In this document: positions 38,755-50,568 of the stretch, in pieces
Layout of the letters: each line of letters starts with the position of its first letter
Numbering within the stretch: the stretch's first letter is position 1
Assembly: GCA_028534125.1 (NCBI GenBank)
Contig: CM052816.1
Coordinates: 92,568,001-92,632,000, forward strand
Direction of reading: 5' to 3'
Origin: Lama glama
Taxonomy: Eukaryota
Length of the DNA: 64,000 nt
The notes under the pieces: generated by a model
What the model saw: only the letters and a program-made list of their open reading frames with translations
Told to the model about the DNA's origin: nothing
The model's database searches: none
Made by a program: the position numbers and the translations under genes

Positions 38755-41700
38755 CTGGACTTCCGCTTCTGGAAGGCTGGGGTAGACAGACTTTTCCTAT
38801 TTCTCCAACTAAGGAAAATCCTGAGTCCACATAAAACGAACTTAAAAAGACTCTGCAAGGTGAAGAGAAGAAAGCAGACCAGTGAGAAAGCTCAGGGCTG
38901 AGGAACCCCCAGGTGGTAGTTCTCTGGATTTCTTTTTGCTTTGTACATCTCAGCCTCAGAGCTGAAGAAGTGCACAATTTGGAAATGCCAACAACAGAGG
39001 TCCAGACAAAACCCGGCTCTCTCTAGACAGAGGACCAGGAAAGGGTCAGCCTTGTCAGACAGAAACTTTTAGGCAATAACTTCCCTACTCTAGCCGGACA
39101 GGACAGAAAACATGGTGACCTGCACCCCCACCCCACCAGCAAAGACTGAGTGGGGAGCCTAGATTCCCCACCCCAGCCAGGTTGTAATGGGGACCCCACC
39201 CTCTGGCCAAGATGGTGTTAGAGAAGGTCAAATGGGGAGCTGGGACTTTCATCCCTGAAGGGCAGTAACAAGACTCCCCGCCCCCCTGCTACCCGTGGGG
39301 ATCACGTGGGGAGCCTACACTTCCGTTTTCACTTCCACCAAGCAATCACAAGACCCCTTCCCTCCCCGCTGGGGTGATGTCAGAGGAGGCCTAGTGGAAC
39401 TCAGAATGTTTTCACCATTAGTGAAGCAGCACCCAGCCCTCTTCCCCTGCTGGAATGGTGTTAGAGGAAGCCAGTGAAATCAGGTTTAAATGAGATTCAG
39501 AATTCATAACCTAATAATATCTAAAATGTCCCCATTTCAATTGTAGATCATTCATCATACCAACCAGGAAAATCTCAACTTGCATCAAAAAGATACACAA
39601 TAGACACCAATAATGAGATGACAGGAATGTCAGGATAATCTGGCAAAAGTTTTGACGCAGTTGCGATAAAAATCCGTCAAGGAACAATTATGAACATGCT
39701 TGAAAGAAAGGAAAAGATCAAAAGTCTTAGCAAAGAAATAAAAGATATAAAGACAAACCGAATCAAATTTTAGAACACAGAAATACAACAACCGAAGTAA
39801 ACTCACTGTATGGGTTCGACAGCAGACTGGAGTGGAGAGAGGACATGCTCGGTGTACCTGCTGATAGGAAAACAGAAGCTACCCAATCTGAACATGATGA
39901 GACAGTAGGGAAAACAGAAGCTACCCAATCTGAACATGATGAGACAGTAGCTTGGGAGGGGCGGGGGGAAGAGCAGTGCCTCAGAGACCTGTGGAGCCAA
40001 AAAAAAAAAAAAAAAACCAACAAAAAACGGCTAATACTCACATTACTGGAGTCTTTGAGGGAGAAAAAGAGAAGGCAGGGCTCTACAAGTACTTGGAAAA
40101 AATGACTGAAAATTTGGCAAAAGATACAAAACCTACAGATTCAGGAATCTGAGTGAATCTCAGAATAAATACAAAGAAATTCACACTAAGACACATCATT
40201 GGCAAACTTCTGAAAATTAAAAACAAACAAAAAATCTTGAAAGTGGGAGAAAAATATCTTAATTATAAGAGGAAAAAATGACAGTAAATTTCTTATCAGA
40301 AATCATGAAGTCCTGAATGAAGCAGCATTGCACGTTTTCCAAGTGCAGAAAGAAAAAAAACCCTGTCAACCCAGAATTCTATATCCAGGGGAAATGTCAG
40401 GAATGAAAGGGTAGAAACAGGCATTATCAGATGAAGGAAAACCAAGAGAATTTGTTGCCAGCAGAACTACCCTAATGGAATGGCTAAAGCTAGTTCTCTG
40501 AATAGAAAGGAAAGGGTAAAGAAATGTTGGAATATTAGGAAAGAAGGAAGAACAATGGAAAGGGTAAAAATATATGTAAGTAGAATACATTTTAGTTTTT
40601 TAAATTATGTTTGATAGTTGAAACTAAGTTATAACATCATGTGATGTGGCTCTAAATGTCTGTACAGGAAATATTTAAAACAACTATAAACTAGAGAGGG
40701 TAATGAGACATAAAGAGACGTAAGTTTTCTATATTTTACAAACACCGGTGAAGTGATGACACCAGTAGACTGTGATGAGTTATGTATGTATAATGCAATT
40801 CCTAGAGCAACCACTAAAGCTATACAGAGAGATACATTCAAAATCAGGATGGATAAATCAAAATGAAATTCTAAAAGTGCTCAAGCAACCCACAGGAAGG
40901 CAGGCAAAAGAAAACAGAAAAGTGGGAAGCAGAACAATAAACCAAAAAATAAAAGTGCAGGCTTAAGCCTCAACCCTACCAATAATTACATTAAATGTAA
41001 ATAATCCAAATACACCAATTAACAGACAGAGATGGGCACAGTGGATTAAAAAACATGATCCAACTAGACGTTGTCTGTAAGAAATCTACTCATATATAAT
41101 GATACAGATATGGTAACAGGTAAAGGATAGGAAAAGATGCTAACATTAATTTTAAAAAAGTAGGAGTAACTACATTAGTATCAGATAAAGTAGATATTGG
41201 AGCAAAGAAAACTGCTAGAGAGAAGAATGGTATATCACACAGTGATATAAGGGTTAACCCACCAAGAAGACATAGTTCTCCCAAGTGTGTGTGCATCAAA
41301 GAACAGAGCTGCAAATTATATGTAGCAAAAACTGAGAGAAGTGAAAGAAGAAACAGAAAAATCCATAATTATAGTTCTTCTAACAATAATTGATTGAATA
41401 ACTAGACAGAACATAGATCAATTTGAAAAGCACAACCTATCATAGTTCACTATCTATGAAGCAGGTCATTTGAATAACAGCAACACTTCGGGAAAGCAAA
41501 TTCATAATGTAAAAATTTCACATAAAAAATTCTCTAGGCTACATGGTTCCTCTAGAGAAGTCTCCCAAACATTTAAAGAATTAACATCAATCTTACACAA
41601 TCTCTTCTAGAAAACAGAAGAGGAGATAACACTTCTTAATTCATTTTATGAAGCTATCAGTACCTATACCAAAATCAAAAGTACATACACAAAAAAGGAA

Positions 41701-43870
41701 ATTACAACCACTATCCCTTATGAATATAGATATAAAAATCCTGAACAAAATATTACCAAATACAATTCAGAAACATAGAAAGAATTATACACCACGACCT
41801 CATGGGGTTCACTCCAAGGATGCAAGGTTGGCTTGATATTCAAACATCAATCCATATAATGCATCATACTAACAGGCTAAAGAAGAAAAATTACATGATC
41901 TATTGACATAGAAAACACATTTGGCAACATTCAACCCCCATTCATGGTAAAAACTCGGAAAAACAGGAACAGAGAACATCCTCAGCTTGGTAAAGAGTGT
42001 AAAAGTCTACGGCTTACTCTGCACTTAGTGGTGAAGGATGGAATGCTTTCCCACTTAAGACCAGGAACAAGACAAGGATGTCTGCTCTCACCACTTGTAT
42101 TCACCATAATATGGGATGTTGTAACTAGTGCAATAAGAAAAGAAAAAGAAATAAAAAGTATACAAATTGGAGCAGAAGAAATAAAACTGTCCTTTATTTG
42201 CAGATGACATAGTCATGTAGAGAATCCCAAGGAATCTATAAAAACACCTAGAACTAGGGAGTTTAGCAAGTATGTAAAACAAATGATAAAATTAAAAAAT
42301 CAATTGTATTTCTGTATAGCAGTAATGAATTCATGGACAATAAAATTAAAAATAGAATATTTATAGTTGCTTAAAAGAGAAATACTTAGGTATAATTCTA
42401 ACAAGACACGTGCAAGAACTTTTAAAACAACAAAATGCTGATGAAAGAAATCAAAGGAAATCTAAATAAAAGGCGAGCCATGTTGTATTCGTGGATTGGA
42501 GGACTCAACATAGTAAAGACTTCCCAAACTGATACACAGATTTAATGCAATTTCTATAAAACTTACAGCAAGATATTCTGTAGCTACAGACAAGACTATT
42601 CTCAAATTTATCTGGAAAGGCAAAGGAGAATAGCTAAACTAACTTTGAAAAAGAGAATAAAGGCAGGGGGAGCAGTACAGTCTATCTGATATCAAGACTC
42701 ATTGTACACCAACAGCAATCCACACTGCGTGGTATCAATCGAGGGGCAGAAAATTAGAGCAACGGAACAGAAACGAGAACCCAGACATAGACCCACATAA
42801 ACAGGCCCAACAGATTTCTGACAAAATCAAAAAAGGGTACCTTTTCAACAAGTCATACTGGATTAATTGGCCATCCATCTGCAAAACAAAAAGAAGAAAA
42901 CAAGCAAACTAAAAATAACGAAAAACCCCTCAACCTATATTTTATAACTTTTTCAAAAATTAACTCAAAATGGATCAGGGATTTATATGTATAATGTAAA
43001 ACTTAAAAACGTTTAGGAAAAAACTAAGGAGAAAAAGCTTCAATCCAGGTAAAGAGTTCTTAGACTCAACAACAAGAAGCTTGGTCCAGAAAAGAACTGA
43101 TCAACAGGAATTCATCAAAATTAAAACCTTTTTCCTCTATGAAAGCGCCTGTTAGGAAGATAGAAAGACAAACTGTAAAGTGGGGGAAATACCTGTAAAC
43201 CACTTCTCTGACAAAGGACTAGCACCTAGAATATATAAGGAACTCTCAAATCTCAACAGTAAAAAGTGCAAAACTTCAGTAGAAAATGGGCAAAGGATCT
43301 GAAGAGACTTTTCACTCAAGAGGAGAAGCAGATGGCAATTAAGCACAGGGAAAGTGTTCAACATCATTAGCCACTAGGGAAATGCAAATCAAAACCACGT
43401 AACACATCACTATACACTTGTCAGAATGCCCCCTGCCAAAAAAAAAAAAAGTTAGTGACACCATCAAATGCTGGAGATTTGAAGAATCTGGATTTTTCAT
43501 ACATTGTTGGTGTGAATGTAAAATGGTAGAGTCTGAAAAACAGTTTAGCAAACCATTAAAAAATGAAATACGCACTTACCATATGATCAGGAAATTGTCT
43601 GACATTTATGTCAGAGACATGAAGATGAATGTTCCCCCCAAAATCTGTACACAAATGTCCAGAGAAGCTTTATTTGTAACAGCCAAAAGCTGGGAAAGAT
43701 TCAGGCGTCCGCCAGTGGGTGGCAGGGAGGGACTGACTAGGGAGGGGCAGGGGGGACCTTCTCGGGGATGATGGAAATGTTGGATTGTTTTGCTTTGGAT
43801 GGCAATCACAGACACAAATATACCTATAGAAATGTATTGAGCTATATAATCATGGTTTGTGTATCTTATT
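38755..43870 (+). mobile_element. Old, degraded, internally deleted LINE-1 (L1M-type) with 5' UTR, ORF1, ORF2 and 3' remnants
   Basis: A-rich plus strand. Decayed ORF1-like sequence (QPRILYP, about 40365). Endonuclease start (ITLNVN, about 40985). RT remnants (PLSLMNIDIKILNKIL; GTRQGCLLSPLVF; IKLSFICR). C-terminal remnants (KCW...IHCWCECKMV). Confidence 0.9.
39867..39950. repeat. Perfect 42-bp tandem duplication
   Basis: ggaaaacagaagctacccaatctgaacatgatgagacagtag repeated twice. Confidence 0.95.
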
Positions 43871-45054
43871 GTTTTTTAAGTTAAACCACACATGTACACA
43901 CAGAGCAATCTATCAGTCCCACGAATTCTGTCTCTACAGTTGTCTGAAAAGTGTAGTTGAAAGGACCTTTCTTTCCAGTGATCTAAGATGGTCTAATATC
44001 CTTTGGATATGACTTGCTATAAGATGATGCTTATAATTTATGTTGCTAAAATACTGGTGATCTTTTTTCCGTTAGAGCTAAAGAGAATGCTTGGATTTAA
44101 AAAAAATACATAAATAGTAACATGCAGAATAATATTTTGCTATTTGAGAAATCTGGGTTGTGATCACGACAGGCCACTTTTCACCTGCGAGATGCTTTGT
44201 TAACTCACGAGCATCCTTACATCATTCAGCAAGTGTCCAATTGAAACCAGCAGACCCTTGCCTCCCCTGTTGCTCAAGTTAGAACCGACCCCACGTTTCC
44301 ATCTTTTCAGAGCCCACTGAGCACTGATGTCCCTGGGATCCAGGAGGAAGCACTCACCTCAGGGAGCACGAGCTTCCTGTGCCCGGACCCAGGGTCTTGG
44401 CCCAAATGTCGTCCTCTCACACTGAACTTCGGGATTTCAGCAAACAGATGAAAAGTAAAACCTTTATGGTGTGCTGAGCAAAGTCACCATCCCAGGGGTA
44501 GTGAATTCAAAAAAAGAAAGCAAAAAGGAATCAAAACAAGAGAGATGCCAGTGGTCACCAGGGGAGAGGACCTGCTGTCAGAAGCAGGCAGAAGCCACCA
44601 CGGTTGGCGGGGAGGGGTCTTCCCAGGTGTGGGTCCTTGGATTTGTTCCCAACGCAGGTGATTGAACCTAAGCGCTTCACTTTCTTCAGTCCATCTGGAC
44701 CACGTTATTCATGCTTCTCTGTGGCCAGGATGCTACAGCTTTCCCCTTGGCTCTGAATCTATGCTTATCAAGAACAGGGGGTCCCTTAGTCACTCTAGCC
44801 AGGACAGGTGCAGCCCCACTGTGCAGTCAGCTGACATTCTGGTTTATACGCCATGTCTTCTGAGTCGGGGCTGTGACCCAGTCTGCAGGACCTTGCCTGG
44901 CTCCTGTTTCGGACCACACACAGTGAATTCCCCATCCAGAATATTCTCTTCCCACCCCCCGCCCCAACCCACCAGAGGCCTCTGTCCGTCAGTCTCTTCC
45001 CACAGCGATCTCTTTTCCATTCAATAGTGACCCATTTAAATAAAAGGCCTAAGA

Positions 45055-46874
45055 CGAAAATCAGGCAAATATGTTTAATTTTTTAAAATAACTGATGGTA
45101 AAATAAAATATTTACATCACATCATACTGTGTAAACACGGAAGGTCTCTGTACAAAGAAATATACATGCAAAATAACGTAAAAATGGAACTGAAATAATA
45201 AATGAAACAACACACAAATAAAAGTTGTGAGGTTACGAATACACATCCAGTTCTGAATCCAATTTCTTTTAAAAAGTTTCTGTACAATTTTACAAGAAAC
45301 AAACAAAAACCCAACGAAAGAATAAATAAAATACATCGGAAGCTGCAAAGCTTAACTAAGCCAGTTGATGGCTGAAGACCCAGGTGTCTGGCTGGCTTGG
45401 GAAAGCGGGCTGGTTTTTTTTTTTTTTTTTTTTGTTAAAGTGGATTTCACACAACAAAGATAAAAAGACATCCAGAAAAATTCAAGCGTGCCCAGAAACC
45501 CAGCGTCTTTTGTGGAAGGCCTCCCACACCAGCGTGAGCTCTGCCACAGACGGCAACGCCGGCCTCAAGGCGGCTAGTGCTTAATTGGCATTTATTTCTT
45601 ACCAAAAGCTCAAAATCCAGCCAATTTTTTTTTTTGTACAGAAAGTTGAATGTCAAAAAGTCTAAAAAGTAGGAAATGTCCAGACTGATTTTGGGAAAAA
45701 AAATAATACTTTGGCATTCTGAATAATAGCATAATAAAATTTAAAACATTACCCTATTATCCAGTTTTATATTCAGAGTATGAAATCACTTTTTACAGTC
45801 CTCAAAACTGACAAATTCCACGAAGAGTTAAGTCTCCTTGAACCGATGGCACAGGGCTACGACCCCCCACCCCACCCCACCCCCGACACACGCACAAAAC
45901 CATAAAGCTCACCGTACGAAGTATGTGCTTTTTCTATATATTTATTACAGGTACAACAGAGGTCTTCATAAATAGTTGCATAAAATGTTAAAGCCACAAC
46001 ATTGCACATGATATGAAATAAAACCAAAAAAACCCCAATGAGTGCATTTACAGTATTTTCATCTGACTGTATACTGCTCAACAATCTGACTGACGGCTTG
46101 GGGGTGGGCCATGGGGGCAGGGGGCAGTGGAGCAGGACCCACCCTGATATCCTCGGTGGTGGATGGGCAGACCCCACTGACCCCCAGAGGAAGCCCCAGC
46201 CGGTGGGCGGGGAGCGGGAGGGAAGGCAGGTGGGGAGGGGACAGACCGAAGGCAGGACCAGTCTTATATACAAGTAAGGCCTACATTTCATCAGAGCAAA
46301 ACGATTCATTCTATTTTTATGCAAAAGTTTGAGGTTGAATGCACATTTCAGAAGCCTAGTCTGGCGTCCCGGCGAGAGGCACACAGACCAGGCAGCTGGA
46401 AAAGCTCAGAGCCAGGTGGACCCTGAGCTCCAGACGAGGCCGCGGGGATGGCCGCCGCTGGGGGTGGGGGGTGTCCTTCCCCAGAGGGGTCCAGTATCTC
46501 TGTTTTGTTTGTTAACACCAGTGGTTGAACATAGGCATTTCGCTTCCTTGAATAAATCTTGGAAAATGTTAAATTTGCAAAACTCGATTCCTGTTCATTT
46601 AAAAAAGTTTCTTTTTTATCTTTTTTTTTTTTTTTTTTTGCAGAAACCTGAATAAAAGACTGTGACACAGCAATGCTGTCTCCAATCTCGCAGAATGTGC
46701 GAGAAGGGCCTCCACCCCAGCACAGCTTGCAGCCCGAGTCCCGAGCACAGCTCACAGTTTCACACGATGCACGGACGGCAGCTGATCAGGTCTGTTGGTT
46801 TGTGGTTCTCGTTGCAATTCAAATTAACAGCTGATTGGCAGGTGAAAGAGAATGAGAAAGAACTTCAGGATAGG
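45055..46874 (-). other. TRIO: TRIO 3' UTR (distal end approximate)
   Basis: U-rich sequence with no recognisable repeats following the stop codon. Candidate poly(A) signals on the minus strand: AATAAA 45946-45941, AATAAA 45596-45591, ATTAAA 45079-45074. Confidence 0.75.
45074..45079 (-). terminator. TRIO: Candidate distal polyadenylation signal (ATTAAA) of TRIO
   Basis: Plus-strand tttaat, with UGUA elements upstream and a U-rich tract (TTTTCGTCTTAGGCCTTTTATTT) downstream. Sequence composition changes just beyond it. Confidence 0.55.
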
Positions 46875-47429
46875 TCAAACTCTAGGCAAGAGCCTGCTCT
46901 GTAAGAAGTTTTTAATGCTTCGGATAGGTCGAACATCGTTCTGGTGTTTGCGCCGCTCAATGAAGGAGGTCAGTCTGGACGTGTCCAGGACGCTTGCGCC
47001 TTTGCTGTGGCCGTGGCCATGGCCCGCCTGCAGCCACTGCTCCTGGAGGGCCAGCGCAGCCGAGGGACGCTTGGCGGGGTCCTCGTGGAGGAGGAAGCAC
47101 ACGAAGTCCTTGGCCCTCTGGCTCACTCCTTGGAAGTAGTCATCTGGGAAACTAAAGTCAAGCCGGCAAATGTTCAGGCAGGTCTCTTCCACGCTGTCGT
47201 CCAGGAAGGGGGACACGCCACTCAGAAGCACGTAGGCCAGCACTCCAACGCTCCACGTGTCCGAGGTCAGGGAGACCGGGTTCCCGAGGATGATTTCGGG
47301 GGCGGCAAACTCGGGGTTCCCCAGTAACTGGTGGATGTGGTAGGTCGTGTTGAGTTGGACAGCATCTCCAAAGTCAGCCAGCTTGATGGTTGGCTTGGCT
47401 AGACTCTGATCCACCAGGATGTTTTCGGG
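46875..47429 (-). CDS. TRIO: TRIO last coding exon: kinase DFG/APE motifs and C-terminus
   Basis: PENILVDQSLAKPTIKLADFGDAVQLN...GNPEFAAPE...IKNFLQSRLLPRV, then TGA at 46877-46875. Acceptor cctag. 555 nt. Confidence 0.98.
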   Translation of the reverse strand, partial: PENILVDQSLAKPTIKLADFGDAVQLNTTYHIHQLLGNPEFAAPEIILGNPVSLTSDTWSVGVLAYVLLSGVSPFLDDSVEETCLNICRLDFSFPDDYFQGVSQRAKDFVCFLLHEDPAKRPSAALALQEQWLQAGHGHGHSKGASVLDTSRLTSFIERRKHQNDVRPIRSIKNFLQSRLLPRV

Positions 47430-48024
47430 CTAGGAGACAGGATAAGACAACTGTCATTTCCGTCAGCCCCAATCTTAGGCTGAAGCGGGATGCTCCCCAG
47501 GAATGTATGAGGTCGACGGGGGCCAGCCATTTACGTGCAAAACAGGATGAAGCCCACGGGAGGAGGACAAAGCGCCAACACCGAGGAGAGGCTGCCTGAC
47601 TCAGCCGGGCCGGCCCCTCCCTGGAGCACGCGGCTGCTGTGTTAACCGAGCAGGTGGATGAAGCCAGTGCTCTCTCCCTACCAGCACCAGCAGCAGCAAC
47701 GTGCCCCTTCCTGTCTCAGTCACGCTGCTCCAGCCGCACACCAACCCAGCAAGATTCACAGGAACTTTCTGAAGTTGCAAGAAATGTCTGAGGACCTCAA
47801 ATGTTTATCTGGTACTTTATTGCTTATTTATATGTCACTGAGAGCAAACTCTTAAAAACAGAGATCAGAAATCAGTGCCCCCATGGCCCACCCCTCGTGT
47901 CTGTCCCCAGTCCCTGGGGGCTCCTGGCCTGGATTCCGAAGACAGACTGAGAGTGGGCCTCAGGTACCGCGTGGCCTCACTGGGTTCAGACGTGTGGCCC
48001 TCCCGTCCCTGCGACTCCACTAAC

Positions 48025-48163
48025 CTTTAGGTCCAGGTGTGCTATCCTGCAGTTGTGAAGGTATCGGACGGCTTCCAGAACCTCGCCCAGATACGCCCTG
48101 ATCTTCCCTTCTGTGAGGTTCCCCCACCGCACCACACAGTCCAGGAGCCGTCCCTGGTCAGCC
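48025..48163 (-). CDS. TRIO: TRIO coding exon: kinase catalytic loop
   Basis: ADQGRLLDCVVRWGNLTEGKIRAYLGEVLEAVRYLHNCRIAHLDLK. Acceptor ctgcag, donor AAG|gttagt. 139 nt. Confidence 0.96.
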
Positions 48164-48659
48164 CTGCAGAGGGAGGAACGTACAAGATCTGCTTAGATTT
48201 TGGTCAGTCACTCAGAGCCCTGCCTGCGACACACACATCACAGCTGGGCCCCACTGTCAATGTTCTGTTGGCACTTTAGGCTCACACCTCCACCTGAAGG
48301 CACGACAAGGCCAGGAGGGCGATTTCTTTTTAACCTCATCGTGGAGGCAAGTGAGGAACAAGGCATCTGAACCCTTGGAGGGAACTGAGAGGCAGAGACT
48401 CAAACCCTGCCCTGTGGACGTGCAAACCACTTGGGCATGCTGCTTGGCAGTGCCTTGCACACAGCAGGTGGTCGGCAGGTACCTGCTGCAGGAGGAAATA
48501 ACGCGAGCCCATCTCCCCGAGCCTTAGTCTCATCATCTGGAAAATGGGCCATGTGGTCTGAACGAGGGAATGTAAATAAAGAGGCAGGCGATCCAAGTCC
48601 AAGACATTGGACTCAAAGTCTTCCTACTGTGACATTACTTTCGACATTTAAAAAATGCT

Positions 48660-48860
48660 TACATAATAGTGCTGTGAGCCAGGGACTAAATGCTTTCTAT
48701 CCACTCACTTAATCCTCATGACAAGTCTGGGAGAAGAGAGTTGTCCCCATTTTACAGATGAGGAAACTGAGGCACAGAGAGGGTATATAACTTCCCCAAG
48801 ACACCCAGCTCGGAGGTGAAGACTGGAATTGCAATGGGGTGCTCTGGCCCTGGCCTCTCT
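48660..48860. mobile_element. MIR SINE in a TRIO intron
   Basis: ccccattttacagatgaggaaactgaggcacagagaggg. Confidence 0.75.
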
Positions 48861-49687
48861 GAACATTGGTCTAAGCTGTCCTCTTTGCAAAACAGAAACC
48901 TGTAGGAATATCGGCCACTTGTATGGTAATGGCGAGCTGTCAATGGGAATTAGGTTGTGAGTAATTTGTTGTGAAAAGAAATCCTATTTACAGTATGATA
49001 AGACCAAATCATCTAGTTTTCCAGTGCAAAGAAATAATAGCTAAATGCATTGAAAATTTAAAGCAGACCGAAGTCTTGTAGAAGTCTGCCCAGCACGCTA
49101 GGACTCTGTTAAAATTCCCAGAGTAAGATAAGCAGTAGCTGTCAGTCATCAAGCTTCCAGAGCCAGAAAGCCCCTTCCCAGGTCTCTGCCTGGACATCAT
49201 CTCAGCCCCACAGCAACCTTCCAAAGTGGTTGGGATTCCACAGGAGCAAGGCTGAGAACGAGCCCAGGTCCCCTGACCTCACAACTGGTGGCGCTGGGCA
49301 GGACCCATCTGCCCCACCGCCCTCTCACGGGTTTGCTAGGGCAGAGAGAGGCCGGAATAGGCCCACGAAGGCTGTGGGGTAGAGGTGCTTACAAATTCTT
49401 TAAGAATATGACAGACAGAAAGTCTGTCTTGAGGGAGGCCCTGCAATCGTGGAGCTGTGGTCACCATGAATGTGCCCCGAGCGACCGGTCCTCCTGCTCG
49501 GCCTCCTCTCCCTACAACAACGTGTCAAGAACTACGAAACGGCGCTAGAGGTTTCACTTGAGCCAATGGAAATGACATTGTAAACCCAAGTAAATAAATG
49601 TATGCAATGACTGCCCTGAAAGGGAGGAAAAGGAATTTAAACAAAGCTAAATGCCGAGATGGTCCAGAGACCGGGATGGTCTAAGGG

Positions 49688-49845
49688 CAGGGCCTCCCAA
49701 CCTCAGCATGACTGATTCTCTGGGCCAGTGACTCTCTGTTGCGAGGCCAGCCTGTGCCCTGAGGAACGTCTAGCTGTGATAACCAAAAAGCCTGCAGATG
49801 TTTGCCAAGCGTCCGTCCCCTGGGGGGCAAAACTGCTCTGGGTCA
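49688..49845. mobile_element. MER20-like hAT-Charlie element, internally deleted
   Basis: cagggcctcccaacctcagca...tgtgataaccaaaaagcctgcagatgtttgccaa...ccctggggggcaaaactgctctgg. Confidence 0.7.
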
Positions 49846-50367
49846 TACGCGTCATACTCTTTATCTTTAAACGACAGAGCGTTTACTGAGGTAGCACACA
49901 GGGCCCAGTGAGGACCTCGGGGACCAGCGGGGCTGCTGTGGTCAGAGCCACCCCCAGGAGAGCGTTCTTTAGGTGAGGTGCACCTCATCTCCCCATTGTC
50001 ACCACCCTTTGGGGGCCAGGAGCTCTGATGGCCAGGATGGGCCCCAGGCAGGTCTCAGCCAGGGTGGCCCAGCCCCGGGGGACTCTGGGAACTAGGTGGA
50101 GTCTCCAGGGAGGCTGAGACCCCTAGGGAGCCTGGGTGGCGGGTGTCCTGTTGCTTGGCCTGTGCCTCCGTGTGGGCAGCTTGTACAGAGGCCTTGCTTC
50201 CTGGCACCATCACCGGGAAGCCCTACGGCCGTGGTCTCAGAGTGGACACGTGTCTCAAAAGTCCTGTGAATCCTAAGTCCCACTTTGTCTCCTTCGAGAG
50301 TAACCAACAGGGCCACCTGAGGCTGAGGCCGGGGCAGGGAGAGGAGGGGCAGCGGGCAGGCACGCAC

Positions 50368-50568
50368 ATTTCCAAAACCAGGACGTAGCTGGTGGGGGTC
50401 TCGAAGGTGTCGAGGAGGCTGACGAGCAGCGGGTGCTGCAGGCTCTGCAGGATCCCGAGCTCGCGGGTGACCTGGTCACGTTTCATCAACTTCTTGTTCA
50501 CAAACTTCGTGGCCACTGATCGCTTGGTTCCCTTCTGATCGCATTTCTTGACGACAGAGAACCTGCCC
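50368..50568 (-). CDS. TRIO: TRIO coding exon: kinase Gly-rich loop and VATK lysine
   Basis: GRFSVVKKCDQKGTKRSVATKFVNKKLMKRDQVTRELGILQSLQHPLLVSLLDTFETPTSYVLVLE(M). Acceptor tttccag, donor AT|gtgcgt. 201 nt. Confidence 0.97.

Noticed and set aside
45857..46384. 175-aa ORF within the TRIO 3' UTR
   Set aside because: It has a non-ATG start, no recognisable homology and a composition typical of UTR sequence.
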